From Flavobacteriales bacterium (GTDB taxonomy: Bacteria > Bacteroidota > Bacteroidia > DT-38), in contig JABSPQ010000224.1 in assembly GCA_013214205.1 (NCBI GenBank), positions 53,756-117,755 of the forward strand: a stretch of 64,000 nt of DNA. The letters are read 5' to 3'. How positions within the stretch are numbered: the first letter of the stretch is position 1; each line of letters opens with the position of its first letter. Under the pieces are notes generated by a model. That model was not told the origin of the DNA, ran no database searches, and saw nothing but the letters and a program-made list of their open reading frames with translations. Shown piece by piece: positions 49,404-58,429 of the stretch. A program made the position numbers and the translations under genes.

Positions 49404-50068
49404 GCACGGACAAAAAAATAAAAATTATTTTAGTCGACGATCACAAAGTTATTCGTGATGCACTAACATCGTACTTAAACAACGATGAAGAATTTGAGAT
49501 AATAGCAGAGGCTAGTAATGGTAACGATGCTATTGAATTGGCAAGAACTACAGTTGCCGATATTTTTATAATGGACATCAACATGGGTGAGCCAGATGGA
49601 ATTCAATGCACAAAAGAAATTAAAAAGATCAATCCGAATATTAAGATTCTCGCATTAACCATGTTTAATGAAAGTCAGCACATTAAACAGATGATGAATG
49701 CCGGTGCTTCGGGCTACTTATTAAAGAACGTAGGTGTTGAAGAAGTAAAAACCGCTATCAAGAACGTATATCAAGGCAACATATACTATAGTAGTGAGGT
49801 TACCGAAACAGTAATGAACAGCCTGCAAGAAAAAAAAGTATCTACCAGTTCGAAGTTCATTACCGATATTCCACTCACAGAGAGAGAGAAAGAAGTATTA
49901 CAGCTAATTATTGAAGAGTTTTCCAATAAGGAAATTGCCAACAAGCTTTTTATCAGTAGCCGTACCGTTGATGCCCATAAAAGAAACCTTTTAGAGAAAA
50001 CAAACTCGAAAAATATCGCTGGCCTTGTGGTCTATGCAATTAATAATAAGGTATTTGACTGGCTCTAA
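49400..50068 (+). CDS. Response regulator, NarL/FixJ family (REC plus LuxR-type HTH)
   Basis: ILVDDH...FIMDINM receiver and C-terminal LTEREKEVLQLI...SRTVDAHKRNLLEK helix-turn-helix; overlaps the kinase gene by 4 nt. Confidence 0.85.
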   Translation: MSTDKKIKIILVDDHKVIRDALTSYLNNDEEFEIIAEASNGNDAIELARTTVADIFIMDINMGEPDGIQCTKEIKKINPNIKILALTMFNESQHIKQMMNAGASGYLLKNVGVEEVKTAIKNVYQGNIYYSSEVTETVMNSLQEKKVSTSSKFITDIPLTEREKEVLQLIIEEFSNKEIANKLFISSRTVDAHKRNLLEKTNSKNIAGLVVYAINNKVFDWL

Positions 50069-50189
50069 TAAATAATCACCTACACCAATATAAGTTTAAT
50101 ACCTACCAGCTACAATTAGGCTTTTCACTGTTTCCTACCCCCCTGTCTTAAAGTATCTTTAATAAAGATTCACACATAAAATTAGGACG

Positions 50190-50603
50190 ATGAGGAAAGC
50201 GATAAACTTAACGGTAATTGGAGCATCAGAAGACATTAATAGTGCCATCTGTGATTTACTACCTAAGAGATGTAATTCTGTATTTTCTATGCAGAAGAAA
50301 GACCTAAGAAATAAAAATTCAGAATACTTTAATATAATAGAACAATCGGAAGCTATTATAATAGACTTGTCTACTTCAGATAAAAAGAGTTCCTATTTCA
50401 TAAAATACCTAAACGAAAACGACATTAAGATCCCTGTAATAGCGCTAGATACGTTTACAGAAAAAGTTTACGCCGACTCTATATTAGACAAAGGCGCATC
50501 AGCATACCTAACATTTAGTTCATTTGCCGACGAGCTAGAAGACGCATTGGCTAGCGTGCTCAAAAAGCAAAACTACATTAGCAAAAGCATTTGCGCACAG
50601 TAA
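50190..50603 (+). CDS. Stand-alone receiver (CheY-like) domain protein
   Basis: 137 aa with a REC-like beta-alpha pattern (VIGASED, IIIDLS, PVIALDT, DKGASAYL). Confidence 0.45.
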   Translation: MRKAINLTVIGASEDINSAICDLLPKRCNSVFSMQKKDLRNKNSEYFNIIEQSEAIIIDLSTSDKKSSYFIKYLNENDIKIPVIALDTFTEKVYADSILDKGASAYLTFSSFADELEDALASVLKKQNYISKSICAQ

Positions 50604-50744
50604 GATAGGCAATTTACCTATTTGTAAAAATTAGGTTTTACACTAATTGATTTAACAATTTGGAAACTTAATTTTACACTTAACTTATTGCAGCTATAAC
50701 TTATAAGAAAGAAGAACAATTCATTAATTAAACTATTAGATAAA

Positions 50745-51032
50745 ATGACAAAAGCAGATATAGTAGCCGAAATTTCAGGTAAAACAGGAATAGAGAAAGC
50801 AGCAGTTTTAAGTACTGTTGAGGAGTTCATGAAGTCAGTGAGCACTTCATTAGAGGAAGGTAATAATGTATACCTAAGAGGGTTTGGAAGTTTTACTGTA
50901 AAAAGAAGAGCTCAAAAAACTGGTCGTAACATTTCTAAAAACACGACTATCGTTATACCTGCTCAAAATGTACCGCATTTTAAGCCTGCTAAATCATTCA
51001 TTAAGAATGTAAAAGCGAAAGTAAAAGCTTAA
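50745..51032 (+). CDS. HU family DNA-binding protein (paralog 2)
   Basis: 95 aa; about 72% identical to the HU at 43217..43507; same arm motif GFGSFTVKRRAQKTGRNISKNTTIVIP. Confidence 0.9.
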   Translation: MTKADIVAEISGKTGIEKAAVLSTVEEFMKSVSTSLEEGNNVYLRGFGSFTVKRRAQKTGRNISKNTTIVIPAQNVPHFKPAKSFIKNVKAKVKA

Positions 51033-51052
51033 TACTACGCTTTCAAAATATC

Positions 51053-51090
51053 AGAAGCCTGTTATCGATTGATAGCAGGCTTCTTTTTTT
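51053..51090 (+). terminator. Rho-independent terminator after HU paralog 2
   Basis: agaagcctg / caggcttct 9-bp stem with a 12-nt loop, followed by ttttttt. Confidence 0.7.
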
Positions 51091-51166
51091 ATAGAAGCAC
51101 ATTAAATATAGTTTGTGAGTTCAGTATCTTTTATTATCTTCGCATCCCTAAATTTTATACGAAAAT

Positions 51167-51616
51167 ATGTACGCCATAGTTGATATTGCTGGACAGCAAT
51201 TTAAAGTTGAAGAAAAAACGAAAGTAATTGTACACCGTCTTGAAGGAAAAGAAGGTGATGTAGTAGATGCTAACGACGTTCTTTTAATAGACAATGATGG
51301 AAAAGTTGCCATCGGTGCTCCTATCTTAGAGGGTGCGAGAGTAACTATCAAAATCCTTCAACACTTTAAAGGAGATAAAGAAATTGTTTTCAAGAAAAAA
51401 AGAAGAAAAGGCTACCAAGTTAAAAACGGACACCGTCAGTTTTTAAGCGAAGTAGAAGTTCAAAAAATTGAAGAGAAAGCAAAAGGTAAAGCGGCTAAGC
51501 CTGCTAAAGAAGCTGCTCCTAAAGCAGAGACTAAAGCTCCTGCTGCAAAAAAAGAAACTGAAGACAAAAAGCCTGCAGCAACAAAAGATGCTGCTGACAC
51601 AAAATCAGAAGAATAA
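51167..51616 (+). CDS. rplU: 50S ribosomal protein L21 with a Lys/Ala-rich C-terminal extension
   Basis: MYAIVDIAGQQFKVEE... L21 core of about 100 aa, plus a 45-aa KAAKPAKEAAPKAETKAPAAKKE tail. Confidence 0.9.
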   Translation: MYAIVDIAGQQFKVEEKTKVIVHRLEGKEGDVVDANDVLLIDNDGKVAIGAPILEGARVTIKILQHFKGDKEIVFKKKRRKGYQVKNGHRQFLSEVEVQKIEEKAKGKAAKPAKEAAPKAETKAPAAKKETEDKKPAATKDAADTKSEE

Positions 51617-51627
51617 AATTTTAAGTT

Positions 51628-51885
51628 ATGGCACATAAGAAAGGAGCTGGGAGCTCGAAAAACGGAAGAGAATCGCATAGTAAACGATTAGGTGTTAAGA
51701 TCTATGGTGGACAAGCAGCAATCGCTGGTAATATCATTGTACGTCAAAGAGGCACTAAACACCATGTAGGCGAAAATGTAGGTATTGGTAAAGACCATAC
51801 TTTATTTGCCTTAGTTGACGGTACTGTTGTTTTCAAAAAGAAAAGAGATAACAAGTCGTATGTTTCTATTGCTCCTGTAGCTTAA
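51628..51885 (+). CDS. rpmA: 50S ribosomal protein L27
   Basis: [24 protein letters not shown]... canonical L27. Confidence 0.95.
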   Translation: MAHKKGAGSSKNGRESHSKRLGVKIYGGQAAIAGNIIVRQRGTKHHVGENVGIGKDHTLFALVDGTVVFKKKRDNKSYVSIAPVA

Positions 51886-51912
51886 TAGTAAACAACAACA
51901 CAATATTTTAAA

Positions 51913-51942
51913 AACCCGGTTCCATTGGAATCGGGTTTTTTT
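51913..51942 (+). terminator. Rho-independent terminator after rplU-rpmA
   Basis: aacccggttcc att ggaatcgggtt hairpin (one G-U-type mismatch) followed by a T7 run. Confidence 0.7.
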
Positions 51943-51985
51943 GTTTATTTAAACATTACTTTTATTACAACAAATAATATTTATC

Positions 51986-53257
51986 ATGTTACTCGTAAAT
52001 TACATCAGAAATCACAAAGAGGAGATTGCGGAAAGATTAAAACTTAGAAATTTAGATGCACTCGATACCTTGGAGAAAATCATTTCTACTGATGACGAAA
52101 GAAAATCGAAACAAACCACTTTAGAAGCAAACAATGCGGAGTCTAATTCGATTGCAAAAACTATTGCCGAGCTATTCAGAGCTGGCAAAGGAGCGGAAGC
52201 AAACGAACTTAAAAACAGAAGCACCGAACTTAAAACTAGCACAAAAGATCTTACTGAGTCTATTGTTACGTTAGAAAGCGACCTAAAAGAGTTACTTTAT
52301 ACCATTCCAAACGTTCCTAACAAAATTGTACCTGCAGGTAATTCAGATGAAGAAAACGAGATAATATTCGAATCGGAGAACAACGTAAAATTACACAACG
52401 GTGCTCAACCCCACTGGGAACTAACAGATAAATACGACATAATAGATTTTGAACTAGGAGTTAAAATTACTGGCGCAGGATTCCCTGTTTACAAAGGGAA
52501 AGGAGCCAAGTTGCAACGAGCATTAATCAATTTCTTTTTGGAAGAAGCTGAAAAGGCTGGATATATGGAAATACAACCACCTATCTTGATCAACGAAGCG
52601 TCTGGTTACGGAACTGGTCAGTTACCAGATAAAGAAGGGCAAATGTATCATGATGCAGGAGACAACCTATTTATGATTCCTACCGCCGAAGTACCTGTTA
52701 CCAACATGTACAGAAACGTAATTCTAAAGAAAGACGAATTGCCAATTAAAAACACAGCATATACTCCTTGTTTCAGACGAGAGGCTGGTTCTTATGGTAG
52801 TGATGTTCGCGGATTAAACAGATTGCATCAATTCGACAAAGTTGAGATTGTTAGAATCGAAGATTCTGCCAACTCTTATAAAGCGTTAGACGAGATGGTA
52901 GCTTATGTAAAATCGTTATTAGATAAATTGGAATTGCCTTACCGTGTCGCTAAATTGTGTGGCGGAGACTTAGGTTTTACTTCTGCTTTAACTTACGATA
53001 TGGAAGTTTATTCGGCCGGACAAGACAAATGGTTGGAGGTAAGCTCAATTTCAAATTTCGAGTCGTTTCAAGCAAACCGACTTAAATTAAGAATTAAAGA
53101 TGGCGATGCTAAGCCACAACTAGCACATACTTTAAATGGAAGCGCTTTGGCATTACCAAGAATAGTAGCTGCCTTATTAGAAAATAATCAAACAGAAAAT
53201 GGTATTAAAATACCAAAAGCATTAGTGCCCTATACCCGTTTTGAGATGATCGACTAA
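51986..53257 (+). CDS. serS: Serine--tRNA ligase
   Basis: N-terminal coiled-coil arm, then class II aaRS motifs (FRREAGS.G.D.RGL.R.HQF.KVE); 423 aa. Confidence 0.9.
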   Translation: MLLVNYIRNHKEEIAERLKLRNLDALDTLEKIISTDDERKSKQTTLEANNAESNSIAKTIAELFRAGKGAEANELKNRSTELKTSTKDLTESIVTLESDLKELLYTIPNVPNKIVPAGNSDEENEIIFESENNVKLHNGAQPHWELTDKYDIIDFELGVKITGAGFPVYKGKGAKLQRALINFFLEEAEKAGYMEIQPPILINEASGYGTGQLPDKEGQMYHDAGDNLFMIPTAEVPVTNMYRNVILKKDELPIKNTAYTPCFRREAGSYGSDVRGLNRLHQFDKVEIVRIEDSANSYKALDEMVAYVKSLLDKLELPYRVAKLCGGDLGFTSALTYDMEVYSAGQDKWLEVSSISNFESFQANRLKLRIKDGDAKPQLAHTLNGSALALPRIVAALLENNQTENGIKIPKALVPYTRFEMID

Positions 53258-53287
53258 TCACCTCCGAACGGGTTAAAAATTGAATCG

Positions 53288-55219
53288 ATGAATTTGATTG
53301 AAAAAAAAATTGATCTTTTTAGTCCGAAAACACTTTTACTGGTAGCCATTATTGTTGCCATTAGCGCCATTGCACTTTGGCCATCTTTAGACAACGATTT
53401 CGTTAACTGGGACGATGGTAAATATGTACTCGAAAACGACCTAGTACACGACTTAACTTCCGAAAATGTATACAAGATGTTCTTTGAAAAAGACCTCAAA
53501 GGAAGATCTTATGTACCGTTAACCCTCGTTTTCTGGGCAATTGAATGGGACATTTGGGGTGAAGACCCTGCGCCTTTTCATCGGCACAACTTAATCTTTC
53601 ACCTACTCAACTGTGTACTTATATTCTATTTTATTCTACTACTAACCACCCGGATAGAAATAGCTTTTATTACCGCAATGCTCTTTGGCATTCACCCCAT
53701 GCACATAGAATCTATAGCTTGGGTAAGTGAGCGGAAAGACGTTTTCTTTACCTTCTTTTACTTCTCGTCGCTTATCTGTTATATACAATACATTAAAAAA
53801 GGAGCGAAAAGCATTCCATTATTCGCATCCTCATTGGTTCTTTTCTTTATTGGAATCACCGCTAAAACCGCCACAGTGCCTTTATCAGGCGTAGTAGTTT
53901 TGATAGACTTTTTACTTGTACGAAAATTAGACAAGAAACTTATTTGGGAAAAAGTACCGTTTATTATAATCTCATTTATTGGGGGAATAGCTGCGGTAGT
54001 TGCTGCTCATTCCACCGATACCATTGCAGCCACCTCCGCCTTTACCGTTGCCGAACGGTTTATGTTTGCCTTCTACGGAATGATTACATACATCTACAAA
54101 GTATTTATCCCGCTAGATTTAACCACTTATTACCCCTACCCTTTCTTAATAGACGGCAGATTACCATACATCTTCTACATTGCTCCAGTAATTTCGGCTG
54201 GTATATTTTATCTGGTTTACAGGTCGTTTAAAACTACTAGGGTTGTTGTTTTCGGATTCCTATTCTTCTTTTTCAACGTTGTTTTGGTACTCCAATTTAT
54301 GCCAGTTGGTCCGAACATTATGTGCGAAAGGTACACCTATGTCTCGTATGTAGGTTTGTTCTTCCTGCTTGGTCATGGCTACGTTTACTTAAAAGACAGC
54401 GCCATAAAAAATCACAAATCACTAGGGCTAGCACTCGCTGTTATATCGCCAATAATGTTACTTACACTCTGTTATTTAAGCTACGAACGTTGTAAGGAAT
54501 GGAAAAACTCAGAAACATTATGGACTTCTATGATTGCAATTTATCCCAATGTAGATCACGGGTATACTAAGCGTGGAAGTTATTATGGCAAACGCGGCGA
54601 ATTCGACAAAGCATTTAAAGATTACAGCATTTCGATTCAACTTAAACCCGAAGACCACAAGGTGTTTAACAACATGGGAAATATATATGGTTCCCGACAG
54701 CAATGGGTCTTAGCAATTGAGCATTTCGAAAAAGCCATTGCATTAGATCCTGACTATGAGGATGCCTACCTAAATATTGCGATCACATACTCCATGATGC
54801 AAGATTATCCTAAATCCTTACTGTACTACGATCAAGCTATTGCAAAAGGACTTACCAAACTTAAATTGTACACCAATCGTGCGCAAACGCTTTACACGAT
54901 GAAAAAATATCATGAAGCCATTGCCGATTTAAGTTTAATCTTGCAAACACGTCGATTCGATACCAACTCACTTATGTATAGAGGGCTCTGCTATTACTTC
55001 ACAAATAATTTAGATGCAGGAATCGCAGATTTCAATTTACTAATCCAAATAGAACCACAAAATCAATATGCCTACAACAACAGATCGTTGTGCTACAAAA
55101 GTAAAGGGCAATTTAAATTGGCCTTAAACGACGCCATTAATGCTAAAAAGCTAGGAGTAGCAGTTAGCGATGCATACATTTCGAGCCTCCAAGAAAACGC
55201 AGCTGCCAATGATAATTAA
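53288..55219 (+). CDS. TMTC-like membrane protein: N-terminal GT-C-type polytopic domain (DUF1736 / PMT_2-related) fused to C-terminal TPR repeats
   Basis: Conserved FVNWDD..Y..N and HPMHIESIAWVSERKD motifs in a region of about 11 TM segments; at least 6 TPR units (AYNNMGNIY..., AYLNIAITY...). Confidence 0.55.
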   Translation: MNLIEKKIDLFSPKTLLLVAIIVAISAIALWPSLDNDFVNWDDGKYVLENDLVHDLTSENVYKMFFEKDLKGRSYVPLTLVFWAIEWDIWGEDPAPFHRHNLIFHLLNCVLIFYFILLLTTRIEIAFITAMLFGIHPMHIESIAWVSERKDVFFTFFYFSSLICYIQYIKKGAKSIPLFASSLVLFFIGITAKTATVPLSGVVVLIDFLLVRKLDKKLIWEKVPFIIISFIGGIAAVVAAHSTDTIAATSAFTVAERFMFAFYGMITYIYKVFIPLDLTTYYPYPFLIDGRLPYIFYIAPVISAGIFYLVYRSFKTTRVVVFGFLFFFFNVVLVLQFMPVGPNIMCERYTYVSYVGLFFLLGHGYVYLKDSAIKNHKSLGLALAVISPIMLLTLCYLSYERCKEWKNSETLWTSMIAIYPNVDHGYTKRGSYYGKRGEFDKAFKDYSISIQLKPEDHKVFNNMGNIYGSRQQWVLAIEHFEKAIALDPDYEDAYLNIAITYSMMQDYPKSLLYYDQAIAKGLTKLKLYTNRAQTLYTMKKYHEAIADLSLILQTRRFDTNSLMYRGLCYYFTNNLDAGIADFNLLIQIEPQNQYAYNNRSLCYKSKGQFKLALNDAINAKKLGVAVSDAYISSLQENAAANDN

Positions 55220-55220
55220 G

Positions 55221-55775
55221 ATGAAAAAATATAGTTATTTCATATTTATAAGTTGTTTTTTGCTCCAAAGCTTGGGTTGCGGTTCAATTACCAAACAAAA
55301 AGAACTGGCCCAAATAGACGCATTAATTTCTAAAGTTGAGATGCTCGACAAGTCCTTAGTTGCATTGAACGCCTCTAATTTAGAATCATTAAAAAGCGAT
55401 CTGGAGGAAAAGCTTAAATACATTCAAACTTATACGCAAGACACCTTGACTAAAGAAGAAGCTATTGCTATATCTAAGTTTTCGAAAGCGCACCAGTTAA
55501 GCACAAAAACACTAAACGATTATCAAAATATCTTAAGCAACTTAGAGTATTCTTACCAACAATTAAAGAAATTAAAAGATGATTCGGAAAAAGAGCTCAT
55601 TCCATCAGATTCAATTGGTATCTTTATTGCAGAGGAAAAAGCAGCAATTATCGCTTTAGAAAATGGGGTTAAAATAATCCAAGATCAAAGCGAACATTGT
55701 GTTAAAGACTATGAGGAGTATTCCTCCGTTATACTTCGGATGACAGATGAATTGACCTTGCAATTAAATAAATGA
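55221..55775 (+). CDS. Hypothetical coiled-coil lipoprotein
   Basis: MKKYSYFIFISCFLLQSLGCGS lipobox; helical remainder; start at ATG 55221 immediately after the stop of the preceding gene, not the overlapping track start 55170. Confidence 0.4.
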   Translation: MKKYSYFIFISCFLLQSLGCGSITKQKELAQIDALISKVEMLDKSLVALNASNLESLKSDLEEKLKYIQTYTQDTLTKEEAIAISKFSKAHQLSTKTLNDYQNILSNLEYSYQQLKKLKDDSEKELIPSDSIGIFIAEEKAAIIALENGVKIIQDQSEHCVKDYEEYSSVILRMTDELTLQLNK

Positions 55776-57613
55776 ATTTCATAAAATCCATATTTATATT
55801 TACGCTTTTAATAGCCATTTGCTTCCTTGGTAGCAACAGCGTTGTTGCTCAAACCACAACAGATGTCCAACTGGCTTCCTTCTATTATCAAAATGAAGAA
55901 TACGACAAAGCGCTGTTGTATTATAAAAAATTATTTTCCGATTACCCAAACGAAAAAACCTATTACGATTTCTATTTAATGACGCTTATTAAAACCGAGC
56001 AGTACGATTTGGCAATAAAGGTTGCTAAAAAACAAGTAAAACGGTTTCCGAACCAACTAAATCTAATGGTAGATTTAGGAATGGTTTATCTCGTCAACAA
56101 AAACGACAACAAAGCCAATCAGGAATTTGAGAAAGCAATAAGCAAACTAAAACCAAATTCGAGATCAACCATCGATTTAGCCACTGCTTTTGTAAACATC
56201 GGAAAACTCGATTATGCCGAACTCACCTATTTAACAGGTCGTAAAACCATGAGAGGTGAATATGGATTCGAATTTGAATTGGCCGAAATCTATGCTCAAA
56301 AGGGAAAATTTGAATTGGTTTTTCAAGAATATTTTAGAGTTGTAGAATTAAATGAAAGGTTAATTAGTGCAGTAAAGTCTAAATTACTCCGCGTTTTTGC
56401 ATCTGATTCCAACAACAGTACTAAAGAATTACTGAGGGTTGAACTTTTAAAAAGAGTGCAAAAGAAGCCTCAAAGTAGAGCATTTAACGACATATTAATT
56501 TGGTATTTCATCCAAGAGAAAAAGTTCGGCTCTGCTCTTGTACATTCTAAAGCATACGACAAAAGAGCCAATGAAGACGGACGAAATATTTATAATTTAG
56601 CTCAATTATGTGTTGTAAATAAAGACTTCACAACGGCTATTAAATGCTACGAATACCTTATTGATAGGGGTTCAAAGTCCAGATACGTTAACCAAGCTAA
56701 AACAGGCATAGTTAAGGTTATGGACATTCAGTTAACTACTTCGCACAACTTTTCTCGCGAAGATTTAATTATTGTTGAACAAGAATACCTTAAGGTTTTA
56801 GAAGATTTAAAAGGTACACCTAGCGTGTTTGAACTACTTCGAGGCCTTGCTCATTTACAGGCGTTTTATCTTGACAAAAAAGATGAAGCCATGGTAATTC
56901 TTAAAGATTTGATGTCGAGACCGAACTTAAATGCAATGGTTAAAGACAGATGTAAACTTGAATTGGGCGACATTCTTGTTTTACAAGGAAAAGTTTGGGA
57001 TGCATCGCTTAACTTTATGCAAGTTGAAAAGAAGTACAAACACGATATATTGGGTCATGAAGCAAGATTTAGAATCGCTAAAATTGCATTTTACACTGGC
57101 GACTTTGAATGGGCCCAAAGTCAGCTGGATGTTTTAAAGGCATCAACTTCAAAATTAATTGCCAATGATGCATTAAACCTTTCCATGTTCATTAAAGACA
57201 ACATCGGTTTCGATTCGCTCCACGCCCCACTCCAAATGTATTCCAGATCAGAATTACTTATTCTTCAACACAAATTCGATGAAGCACTCGCCTGTATGGA
57301 TTCCATTGAAGACGTTTATCAAAACCATCTTATTTTGGATAATGTGTTTTATCAGAAACATCTTATTTACTTAAAAAGAGGATTATACAACAAGGCTATT
57401 GATCAATTGGAAACACTTATTTACTACTTCCCATGGAGCTTATTGGTAGACGATGCCCTTTTTGCACAAGCCAGTATTTTCGAACATCAGCTAAAAGAAA
57501 ACGATAAGGCGCAAGCCATCTACAAAAAAATAATTGCAGAGCACAGAGGTAGCTTGCATGCTATTGAAGCCAGAAGACGTTTCCGTAAACTTCGTGGCGA
57601 CGAGATCAATTAA
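55772..57613 (+). CDS. Tetratricopeptide repeat protein, exported
   Basis: Signal peptide with Q at +1; multiple TPR-like helix pairs across 613 aa. Confidence 0.5.
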   Translation: MNFIKSIFIFTLLIAICFLGSNSVVAQTTTDVQLASFYYQNEEYDKALLYYKKLFSDYPNEKTYYDFYLMTLIKTEQYDLAIKVAKKQVKRFPNQLNLMVDLGMVYLVNKNDNKANQEFEKAISKLKPNSRSTIDLATAFVNIGKLDYAELTYLTGRKTMRGEYGFEFELAEIYAQKGKFELVFQEYFRVVELNERLISAVKSKLLRVFASDSNNSTKELLRVELLKRVQKKPQSRAFNDILIWYFIQEKKFGSALVHSKAYDKRANEDGRNIYNLAQLCVVNKDFTTAIKCYEYLIDRGSKSRYVNQAKTGIVKVMDIQLTTSHNFSREDLIIVEQEYLKVLEDLKGTPSVFELLRGLAHLQAFYLDKKDEAMVILKDLMSRPNLNAMVKDRCKLELGDILVLQGKVWDASLNFMQVEKKYKHDILGHEARFRIAKIAFYTGDFEWAQSQLDVLKASTSKLIANDALNLSMFIKDNIGFDSLHAPLQMYSRSELLILQHKFDEALACMDSIEDVYQNHLILDNVFYQKHLIYLKRGLYNKAIDQLETLIYYFPWSLLVDDALFAQASIFEHQLKENDKAQAIYKKIIAEHRGSLHAIEARRRFRKLRGDEIN

Positions 57614-57620
57614 AGTATTA

Positions 57621-58391
57621 ATGAAAATAGTTAAAGCAAAAAAACACCTCGGACAGCATTTTCTAAAAGATAGAACTATTGCTACACGAACAGCCGAGAG
57701 CATTAAAAAGTATGATCCGTTTAATGTGCTAGAAATTGGCCCAGGCATGGGAATGCTTACCCAAGAGCTTTTACTTTTAGAAGATATTAACCTTAAAGTA
57801 GTAGAAATTGACCAAGAATCAGTTAACTATTTAAAGAAGAACGAACTTGTTAAAGAGGAAGATATTATCGAAGAAGATTTCTTAAAGCTCAATATTACCA
57901 ACTTGTTCAAAGAGTCATTTACCATCATTGGCAACTTTCCATACAATATTTCAACTCAAATTATTTTTAAAACGTTACAAAACAGAGACCTTGTTACGGA
58001 GTTGGTTGGCATGTTTCAAAAAGAAGTTGGAATGCGAATTGCAAGCAAGCCTGGCAATAAGGTTTATGGTATTACAAGTGTTTTAACACAAGCCTTTTAC
58101 GATACAGAATTACTCTTTGAGATTGGACCAGAAGCCTTTCTACCTCCGCCCAAAGTTACATCGGTTGTTATTAAATTAACCAAGCACGACAGACCTTTGA
58201 ATTGCAATGAAAAATTCTTCTTTCAAGTAGTTAAACAAGGGTTTAATCAGCGTAGAAAGATGTTAAGTAATGCACTGGCAAGCCTAATATCTGATCCTGA
58301 ACAAAAAAAACATCGCTTTTTCAGCCAAAGAGCCGAAGAACTTAGTGTTGAAGAATTCGCCGAATTAACTCAATTATTAGATCGATCCTAA
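57621..58391 (+). CDS. rsmA: 16S rRNA (adenine1518-N6/adenine1519-N6)-dimethyltransferase
   Basis: KKHLGQHFLKD...VLEIGPGMGMLT and the NFPYNIST motif; start at ATG 57621 (the track start 57534 overlaps the upstream gene). Confidence 0.9.
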   Translation: MKIVKAKKHLGQHFLKDRTIATRTAESIKKYDPFNVLEIGPGMGMLTQELLLLEDINLKVVEIDQESVNYLKKNELVKEEDIIEEDFLKLNITNLFKESFTIIGNFPYNISTQIIFKTLQNRDLVTELVGMFQKEVGMRIASKPGNKVYGITSVLTQAFYDTELLFEIGPEAFLPPPKVTSVVIKLTKHDRPLNCNEKFFFQVVKQGFNQRRKMLSNALASLISDPEQKKHRFFSQRAEELSVEEFAELTQLLDRS

Positions 58392-58429
58392 AGAATTGTT
58401 AACTTTGGGGTCTCTTAGAAAGCCCAGCA

